Assembly (NCBI GenBank): GCA_034408725.1
Contig: JAWXCN010000188.1
Location: forward strand, 1-14,155
DNA: 14,155 bases
Reading direction: 5' to 3'
Source: Candidatus Hydrogenedentota bacterium
GTDB taxonomy: Bacteria; Hydrogenedentota; Hydrogenedentia; Hydrogenedentales; SLHB01
Below the pieces are notes generated by a model. That model was not told where the DNA came from, did no database searches, and saw only the letters and a list, made by a program, of their open reading frames with translations. A program made the position numbers and the translations under genes. This document shows, piece after piece, positions 7,527 through 14,155 of this stretch (positions are counted from its first letter, which is position 1; every line of letters starts with the position of its first letter).

Positions 7527-8831
7527 ATGGGCGCCATTACGTGCAAGTTTGGGGGGACCTCGCTCGCGGATGCGAAATGTTTCCGCGACGTGGTCAATAT
7601 CATTCAATCGAATCCCGATCGCCGCTACATCGTTCCGTCTGCGCCGGGAAAGCGCAAACCCGATGACAAAAAAATTACGGATTTGTTATATGCCTGGCAC
7701 AGTCTGTTGAGCCAGGACCTCGATCCCGCGCAACCTCGCGGCATTATCGCGGACCGGTTCGGGGAACTGGCCGCGGTATTGAATGTTGATTTCCCGATTC
7801 AGGAACATCTTGATCGAATTGCGGCCGACGCAATGCAGCATGACGAACCCGATTTTCTGGCATCCCGTGGCGAGTACCTGAGCGGGCACTTGCTCTCGCG
7901 CATGTTGGGCGCGACCTTCGTCGATCCCGCGGAATGCATTTTGTTTGACGACGACGGTGATCTCGATCCCAGGACTTACGAGATACTGGGCAATCGGTTG
8001 AAAGGCGAGGGTTTGTTTGTCGTGCCGGGTTTTTACGGCGCGCAGGCGGACGGATGTATCAAGACCTTTTCACGCGGTGGCAGCGACGTAACGGGCTCGA
8101 TCGTTGCGCGCGCGTCGAAGTCGCGGTTGTATGAGAACTGGACGGACGTCTCCGGGTTCCTGGTGGCCGACCCGCGCATTGTCCCGGATTCGCGTGGAAT
8201 TGCCGAGGTGACTTACAAAGAACTCCGCGAACTTTCGTACATGGGCGCGAGCGTGCTGCATGACGAAGCCATCTTTCCGGTGCGCGAGCCGGGCATTCCA
8301 ATCAACATTCGCAATACAAAAAAACCGGACCATCCCGGCACCATGATCCTCGCCGAACGCGCCGCGAAAGAGCCTATTGTGGGAATTGCCGGACGCACGG
8401 GCTTCACCATGATCAATATTGAAAAAGCCCTCATGAATAAGGAACGCGGGTTTGGCCGGCGGATGTTGACCGTTCTCGAGGAGCATGGCGTGAGCTGGGA
8501 GCTTATGCCGTCGGGGATTGATAATCTATCCGTCATCATCGAAGACGAAGAATTGCTGCACAAGACAAACACGATCCTCAAGGCGATCGAGCGGACGTGC
8601 CAGCCCGACCGTCTTTCGGTTACAGAAGGCCTGGCGCTGATCGCGACCGTGGGCCAGGGTATGGCGGGGACGGTCGGAATCGCGGCGCGGCTGACCACGG
8701 CGCTCGCCGATGCGAAGGTGAACATACGCGTGATCGATCAGGGCTCGTCGGAAAACAACATCATCGTCGGCGTCGATGACGATGATCTCGAGAAGGCGGT
8801 GCGCGCCATTTACGGCGCGTTCAGCGAATGA
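7527..8831 (+). CDS. lysC: Aspartate kinase with C-terminal ACT domains (resembles the B. subtilis YclM/AK III type)
   Basis: Motifs KFGGTSLAD, VPSAPGKR, SRGEYL, TFSRGGSDVTG, ENWTDVSG..ADPRIV and ELRELSYMGASVLH, plus ACT-like repeats (PSGIDNLSVII; VGQGM...IDQGSSENNIIVGV). Confidence 0.93.
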   Translation: MGAITCKFGGTSLADAKCFRDVVNIIQSNPDRRYIVPSAPGKRKPDDKKITDLLYAWHSLLSQDLDPAQPRGIIADRFGELAAVLNVDFPIQEHLDRIAADAMQHDEPDFLASRGEYLSGHLLSRMLGATFVDPAECILFDDDGDLDPRTYEILGNRLKGEGLFVVPGFYGAQADGCIKTFSRGGSDVTGSIVARASKSRLYENWTDVSGFLVADPRIVPDSRGIAEVTYKELRELSYMGASVLHDEAIFPVREPGIPINIRNTKKPDHPGTMILAERAAKEPIVGIAGRTGFTMINIEKALMNKERGFGRRMLTVLEEHGVSWELMPSGIDNLSVIIEDEELLHKTNTILKAIERTCQPDRLSVTEGLALIATVGQGMAGTVGIAARLTTALADAKVNIRVIDQGSSENNIIVGVDDDDLEKAVRAIYGAFSE

Positions 8832-8840
8832 GGAGCATGG

Positions 8841-10289
8841 ATGCGCCGCACGAAGATCATCTGCACGCTTGGACCCAGTTCAAATAGCCGTGAAACGGTA
8901 GACGCGCTTGTCGGGGCGGGCATGGACGTTGCCCGGCTGAATTTTTCCCACGGCACGCACGACATTCATCGGACGACCTACGAAACCGTGCGAGCGTCCG
9001 CCGCTGCGCACAACCGCAGCGTGGCCATTCTTATGGACTTGCAGGGGCCCAAAATCCGCACCGGAAAACTGCAAGATGGACAGCCTGTCGAGCTTGTCCA
9101 GGGTGCGGACATCATCATTACTACGGAACAGATCCTGGGTTCCGTGAGCCGCGTATCGACGACCTACGAATCGCTTGCCGGCGAAATCAAACCGGATGAC
9201 CGCATTCTGATAGCCGATGGGACGATGGAATTGCGCGTCAATCGCGTCGAGCCGCCGGACGTGTATTGCACCGTGGTGCGCGGCGGGATGCTGGGCGAGA
9301 ACAAGGGCATCAATTTGCCCGGCGTGGCGATCACCGCGCCCAGCCTGACGGAAAAGGACATCGTGGATCTCGCGTTCGGCCTCGAACTCGGCGTGGACTA
9401 TGTCGCGCTTTCATTTGTGCGCACACCTGGCGACGTGGTGGATTTGAAGTGCCGGATCGCGGCGCTCGGAAAAAATACTCCGGTCATTGCAAAAATAGAG
9501 CGTCCCGAGGCCCTTTCCCGTTTTCACGAAATCGTGGAATCCGCGGACGCTATCATGGTGGCGCGCGGCGATCTTGGCGTGGAAGTGGAACTGCACCGCG
9601 TGCCGCAAATTCAGAAGACGCTGATACGCATGTGCAACGATCTCGGCGTCCCCGTTATTACGGCGACCCAGATGCTCGAATCGATGATGACGAATTCCCG
9701 GCCTACGCGCGCCGAGGCGGCGGACGTCGCGAACGCAATCTACGACGGCACAGACGCGGTGATGTTGTCCGGCGAAACGGCCAATGGATTGTTTCCCATT
9801 CAGGCGCTCACGACGATGGCAGAAATAGCGGCGAGCGCGGACGAAGCAATCGGCGCGACTCCGCATCACGAGGTGCAAGGGCGGTTGCGCGATCACGCCA
9901 TGCGCGCCGCCGGCTTCAAGGAAGCCATCGGACAGGCGGTTGTTCGAGTGACTCAGGTCATTGATGTGAAGCGGATTGTCGTGCTCACCAAATCGGGGTT
10001 CAGCGCGATGGCCATCTCCCGGTTTCGCCCGCGGACGCCTATCACGGCGATTTCATTAAAGGAAGAGACGCAGCGCCGTTGCGCATTGTTCTGGGGCGTG
10101 GAAGCGGTCGCGTGCGTGCAGGTCGACAGTTTTTCGCAACTGGTCGTCGCGATTGACGACATCATGATCGACCGGGAACTCGCGGACGATGGCGACGCGC
10201 TGCTGATCGTCGCAGGCATTCCGCTGGGTTCGGGCGGGCGCACCAACCTGATGCATCTGCATCACGTCGGCGAGCCCAGCACGGAGTAG
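8841..10289 (+). CDS. pyk: Pyruvate kinase
   Basis: Motifs RRTKIICTLGP, ARLNFSHG, DLQGPKIR, AKIE, MVARGDLGVE, ATQMLESM and RPTRAEAADVANAIYDGTDAVMLSGETA. The SD GAGGAG overlaps the lysC stop. Confidence 0.98.
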   Translation: MRRTKIICTLGPSSNSRETVDALVGAGMDVARLNFSHGTHDIHRTTYETVRASAAAHNRSVAILMDLQGPKIRTGKLQDGQPVELVQGADIIITTEQILGSVSRVSTTYESLAGEIKPDDRILIADGTMELRVNRVEPPDVYCTVVRGGMLGENKGINLPGVAITAPSLTEKDIVDLAFGLELGVDYVALSFVRTPGDVVDLKCRIAALGKNTPVIAKIERPEALSRFHEIVESADAIMVARGDLGVEVELHRVPQIQKTLIRMCNDLGVPVITATQMLESMMTNSRPTRAEAADVANAIYDGTDAVMLSGETANGLFPIQALTTMAEIAASADEAIGATPHHEVQGRLRDHAMRAAGFKEAIGQAVVRVTQVIDVKRIVVLTKSGFSAMAISRFRPRTPITAISLKEETQRRCALFWGVEAVACVQVDSFSQLVVAIDDIMIDRELADDGDALLIVAGIPLGSGGRTNLMHLHHVGEPSTE

Positions 10290-10291
10290 GA

Positions 10292-11056
10292 ATGGTAGAC
10301 CAACCCACCCACCGCGCGCGGATTGAACCCGATTGGTACGAAGCCGCATTCGGCGATCTCTATAACGTCATCTACGCGCATCGGACGGTCGAAGCCGCCG
10401 CGCCGGAAGCGGCATTTGCCGCGCATGCGCTCGAAATGCGCGCGGACGATTGCCTTTTGGATTTGTGTTGCGGTTGCGGCCGGCACTTGTTTCATTTGAT
10501 CAAAACGGCGCCGCGCGCGGTTGGCCTCGACTTTTCGCGAGAACTGTTAACACAGGGGCGCGCACTGTTGGGTGACGCAGCGCTGCTCGTGCGCGGAGAC
10601 ATGCGCGCGCTGCCGTTCCGTGCGAGGTTTGATTGCCTCACCAACTTTTTCACCAGTTTTGGATATTTTCATGCCGGCGAGGAAAACGCGGCCGTCGCGC
10701 GAGGCATGCGCGAGGCGCTTAAGCCAGGCGGACGATTCCTCGTCGACCACGCCAATGCGGCGGATGTCCGAACGGCCTTGATACCGCAATCGACAAGACG
10801 GCAGGGTGAATATGAAATTGTCGAGGAACGGTGGGTTGATGAAGCTGCGCAGCGCGTGAATAAGGTGATGCGTATCGCGCGTGAAGGCCGCGCCGTGCGC
10901 GAAATCCACGAATCGGTGCGTCTGTATGGACCGGACGAATTGCGAATGCTGCTCATGGATGCAGGGTTGGCGGTAACGGACTTTTATGGCGATTGGTCCG
11001 GTGCGTCCTTTACAAAATCATCACCGCGCATGATCGTGCGAGGTGTCGTAGCGTGA
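10292..11056 (+). CDS. Class I SAM-dependent methyltransferase; candidate bacillithiol N-methyltransferase (NmbA-like)
   Basis: Motif I LLDLCCGCGRH, plus VGLDFS, GDMRALPF, NFFTSFGYF and LKPGGRFLVD. Its stop overlaps the bshC start (GTGA). The methyltransferase fold is well supported; the substrate is inferred from context only. Confidence 0.85.
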   Translation: MVDQPTHRARIEPDWYEAAFGDLYNVIYAHRTVEAAAPEAAFAAHALEMRADDCLLDLCCGCGRHLFHLIKTAPRAVGLDFSRELLTQGRALLGDAALLVRGDMRALPFRARFDCLTNFFTSFGYFHAGEENAAVARGMREALKPGGRFLVDHANAADVRTALIPQSTRRQGEYEIVEERWVDEAAQRVNKVMRIAREGRAVREIHESVRLYGPDELRMLLMDAGLAVTDFYGDWSGASFTKSSPRMIVRGVVA

Positions 11057-12594
11057 AATCGATTCAAGCCGATTACATTCGGGGCGCGCCGGAACTGGCG
11101 GAATTCTATGCGGGAAGTCCGCGCGAACTGTTCGATAAAAAGCCAACCGCCGGGCCATTATACCCGGGACTATGCGAGGCGCTCCGTGCGTACGGCGCGT
11201 CGATAGGCACGACCGCGCTCCCTCCCGACGGCGACGTTTCGGCGATTGTGACCGGCCAGCAACCTGTGTTGTTCACCGGCCCTCTGTACACGGTCTATAA
11301 AGCGGCTACGGCGATTCGCATTGCGGAGCGGCTCGAACAGCAGCGCGGCGCGCCCTGTGTGCCGGTGTTCTGGCTGGCGAGCGATGACCACGATTTCGCG
11401 GAAGCCCGAACCACGCACATGTTGACGAAACAGCACGAGCCGCTTGCCCTGACGTATGTGCTGAAAACGAATGCCGACGGATTCCCGATGCATCGCGTGC
11501 CGCTCGAACCTTCGTTGCACACGCTCATCGACACGATGGCCGACGCCGCTACCGGCTCGGAATATCGCGACGAAGTGCGTGCGTTTCTTCACGCGTCGCT
11601 CGACGCCGCTGTGTCCTTTTCCGATTGGAGCGCGCGGCTGCTCGCACGCCTCTTTCAAGGAACGCCGCTTCTGATCTTTACGACCGAACTTCCCGTAATG
11701 CGGGCAGCGTCAGCGCCGATCATAGAACGGGAGATCGCGGACCCACTCTGGTCGTCGACTCGGGTAAACGAAGCTGCCGCGCGACTCATTGCGCTGGGCT
11801 ACGAAGCACAGTTGGTGAAAGGGCAGGGCGACTGCGGATTCTTTCTGGAAGTCGAGGGTAAGCGTTGCAAAGTTGTGTATGAGCAGGGCGCATTCGTGTT
11901 GCCGTCGTTGGGCTGGCGATACTCCGCTGATGAATTGTTGAATACTCTGGCTGCCGAGCCGGAACGGTTCAGTCCCAACGCAGCGCTTCGCTCGGTGGTG
12001 CAACAACGCTTGTTTCCCGTTCACGCATATGTTGGCGGGCCGGGGGAGATCGCGTACTGGGGCCAATTCAAGCCTTTGTTCGACAACGTAAGCGCGCCGA
12101 TGCCTGTCGTGTACCCGCGGGCGCAAGTTCGGCTCAGTTCAACAAAACTTAACAAGTTGCTGACGCGCTGCGGATTGAACGCGGACGATTTTTCCGCGCC
12201 GTTGGAACAGATCGAGGAAAAAGCACTCGCTACGGCAGCGGCCGGACCTGCGCTGGAGGCGTTGGCGCGGTGCCGTGCGGAGATTGCGCAATCGGTTGGC
12301 ATCCTCGAACAAACACTATCAACGGTGAAAGCGCCGCCCCTCGCGGTCGGTGATCGTGTGTTTGGAGAATTGGACAAGGCCCGGCGCACGCTCGAACGCG
12401 CGGATTCGGCGAAAGTCGAAACAGTTCGGCAAAACGTGATGCGGCTCGCAAACACCTTCGCGCCGTGGCGCAAACCGCAAGAGCGTGTTTATACTGTGTT
12501 CTCTTTTTTGTTTGAACACGGCTGGGACCTGGTCCCTCGTATCATCCGTGAGATTGATATCGATTCCTTCACCACAGGCGAGATTGAACTGTGA
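11053..12594 (+). CDS. bshC: Bacillithiol biosynthesis cysteine-adding enzyme BshC
   Basis: Motifs IVTGQQPVLFTGPLYTVYKA, PVFWLASDDHDFAE, RFSPNAALRSVVQ, YVGGPGEIAYWGQ and the C-terminal PQERV. The start is set at GTG 11053, overlapping the upstream TGA. Confidence 0.93.
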   Translation: MKSIQADYIRGAPELAEFYAGSPRELFDKKPTAGPLYPGLCEALRAYGASIGTTALPPDGDVSAIVTGQQPVLFTGPLYTVYKAATAIRIAERLEQQRGAPCVPVFWLASDDHDFAEARTTHMLTKQHEPLALTYVLKTNADGFPMHRVPLEPSLHTLIDTMADAATGSEYRDEVRAFLHASLDAAVSFSDWSARLLARLFQGTPLLIFTTELPVMRAASAPIIEREIADPLWSSTRVNEAAARLIALGYEAQLVKGQGDCGFFLEVEGKRCKVVYEQGAFVLPSLGWRYSADELLNTLAAEPERFSPNAALRSVVQQRLFPVHAYVGGPGEIAYWGQFKPLFDNVSAPMPVVYPRAQVRLSSTKLNKLLTRCGLNADDFSAPLEQIEEKALATAAAGPALEALARCRAEIAQSVGILEQTLSTVKAPPLAVGDRVFGELDKARRTLERADSAKVETVRQNVMRLANTFAPWRKPQERVYTVFSFLFEHGWDLVPRIIREIDIDSFTTGEIEL

Positions 12595-13298
12595 ACGACG
12601 ATTCGCCTTTTGACGTCCTGGCGGTTGGCGCGCATCCCGACGATGTCGAGGTGGGTATTGGCGGCATTGTCGCCAACCTTGTGCGCCGGGGAAAACGGGT
12701 TGCCATTCTCGATTTGACGGAAGGCGAGATGGGCACCCGCGGTACTGTCGCGGAACGTCGCGGCGAGGCTACCGCAGCCGCCGCGATGCTGGGCGTCTCG
12801 CGCAGGGTGAATGCGAAGTTGCCCGATGGCGGCGTTGCAAACGATCAAACGATGCGGCGCGCAGTTGTGACGCTGTTGCGGGAATTGCGTCCGGCGATCC
12901 TGATCGCGCCCATGAACAATGATCGCCATCCCGATCATGACGCGGCGCATTTTCTCGTTCGCGACGCAAACTATCTCGCGGGCCTTGCGCGGCTCGACAC
13001 TGCACAGCCGCCCCATCGGGCCGCTCAGGTCTATTACTATCGCGTCTACGTTGACGCGACGCTGCCGGGCGCGGTGATCGACATCAGCGATACCTTTGAC
13101 ACCAAGCTGGCCGCGTTGCGCGCGTATGTGTCGCAATTCTTCAATCCGGCCTACGCGGGCGCGGAAACTTATGTGTCATCCGAGAAATTCTGGAACGCAA
13201 TTACGACACGCGCCGCATATTGGGGCAATCGCATCGGCGCGGCGCATGGCGAGCCCATTTATTGCGATGGCCCAATTGGACTGAAGACCCTCGAGTGA
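12591..13298 (+). CDS. bshB1: N-acetyl-alpha-D-glucosaminyl L-malate deacetylase (PIG-L/LmbE family)
   Basis: Motifs VGAHPDDVEVGIGG, DLTEGEMGTRG, DRHPDH and AYVSQF. 235 aa, located between bshC and bshA; the GTG start overlaps the bshC stop (GTGA). Confidence 0.93.
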   Translation: MNDDSPFDVLAVGAHPDDVEVGIGGIVANLVRRGKRVAILDLTEGEMGTRGTVAERRGEATAAAAMLGVSRRVNAKLPDGGVANDQTMRRAVVTLLRELRPAILIAPMNNDRHPDHDAAHFLVRDANYLAGLARLDTAQPPHRAAQVYYYRVYVDATLPGAVIDISDTFDTKLAALRAYVSQFFNPAYAGAETYVSSEKFWNAITTRAAYWGNRIGAAHGEPIYCDGPIGLKTLE

Positions 13299-13356
13299 CA
13301 CCGTTGCGCAACGCGCGGGCCGCAACCATATCGCTCGAATCAGCGAAGGAGAACGA

Positions 13357-14155
13357 ATGCGAATTGGCATCACCTGTTATGCATCCGCGGGCGGAAGCGG
13401 CGTGCTGGCGACCGAACTCGGAATCGCCCTTGCCGAGCGGGGGCACACGGTCCACTTTGTAAGTTTTGAGTTGCCGTTCCGGTTGCAGGGGTTCCACCAG
13501 AACATCCTGTACCACTCCGTGGATTTTGTAACCTATCCACTGTTTCCCCATCCGCCATATTCGCTTGCGCTGACGACGAAGATGGCCGAAGTTGCCGAAG
13601 AACACAACATCCAGATATGGCACGCGCACTACGCCATTCCCCACGCCGTGTGCGCCATTCTTGCGCGCGACATGATGCCAGCGGGCAAACGCTTCAAACT
13701 TGTGACAACGCTTCACGGCACGGACATTACGCTCGTCGGCACCGACCCCGGGTTCTTCCGCCTAACAAAGTACGCGATGGAATCGAGCGACGCGGTTACG
13801 TCCGTGTCCGAATGGTTGACTGAAGAGACGCGGCGCGAGTTCAAACTCAATGTGCCGGTGCGGACAATTTACAATTTCGTGAATCTGGATAAATTCGGAA
13901 AACGCTCGGTAGAGCGGTGCAACCTCGCTGAGAAGGACGAGAAGATCGTCATGCACATCTCGAACTTTCGTCCGGTGAAACGGGTGACGGACGTGGTGCG
14001 CGCGTTCAAAAAGATTAGCGACCGGGTTCCGTCGCGACTGGTAATGGTGGGAGACGGACCGGAACGGCTTTCCGCGGTGGGCGTGGCCCGGCAACTGGGT
14101 ATTACGGACCGTATCCGGTGGCTCGGGAATAACGAGAATATCGAGATGATACTGC
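13357..14155 (+). CDS. bshA: N-acetyl-alpha-D-glucosaminyl L-malate synthase BshA (GT4 glycosyltransferase); 3'-truncated by the window edge
   Basis: Manual translation from ATG 13357 (SD AAGGAG at 13346-13351): MRIGITCYASAGGSGVLATELGIALAERGHTVHF...YPLFPHPPYSLAL...HAHYAIPHA...TTLHGTDITLVG...HISNFRPVKRVTDVV...VGDGPE. No stop occurs before the window end. Confidence 0.95.
   Translation, partial: MRIGITCYASAGGSGVLATELGIALAERGHTVHFVSFELPFRLQGFHQNILYHSVDFVTYPLFPHPPYSLALTTKMAEVAEEHNIQIWHAHYAIPHAVCAILARDMMPAGKRFKLVTTLHGTDITLVGTDPGFFRLTKYAMESSDAVTSVSEWLTEETRREFKLNVPVRTIYNFVNLDKFGKRSVERCNLAEKDEKIVMHISNFRPVKRVTDVVRAFKKISDRVPSRLVMVGDGPERLSAVGVARQLGITDRIRWLGNNENIEMIL

Noticed and set aside
9266-9964. 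232-aa alternative-frame + strand ORF within pyk
   Set aside because: It is Arg/Gly-rich off-frame translation fully nested in a conserved gene.
10993-11052. Upstream TTG start for bshC
   Set aside because: It lies inside the methyltransferase gene. The GTGA overlap start at 11053 matches the coupling pattern of the operon.
1-14155. CRISPR arrays, IS elements, prophage, tRNA/rRNA genes, programmed frameshifts or pseudogenes
   Set aside because: No regularly spaced repeats, transposase/integrase motifs or RNA gene signatures were seen. All internal genes are intact, and the intergenic space is small.

Overview
A GC-rich bacterial window in which all 13 supported genes lie on the + strand. 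In order: the 3' end of a cytochrome c'-like heme protein; a terminator-like hairpin and a near-consensus sigma70 promoter; hpf (long form) and hprK; a 212-bp gap with a possible second promoter; a tightly coupled ptsH-ptsI-dxr-rseP run, with RseP carrying about four PDZ-like repeats; then lysC-pyk-SAM methyltransferase-bshC-bshB1-bshA. bshA runs off the window end and is absent from the supplied ORF track. The most notable element is a complete bacillithiol biosynthesis cluster with a methyltransferase overlapping the bshC start, a candidate N-methyl-bacillithiol (NmbA-like) pathway. It sits in an unusual gene run with a permease-less PTS (HprK/HPr/EI), MEP-pathway DXR, aspartokinase and pyruvate kinase. 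No mobile elements, CRISPR arrays, tRNAs or rRNAs were seen. All calls rest on motif recognition by eye; no searches were run.
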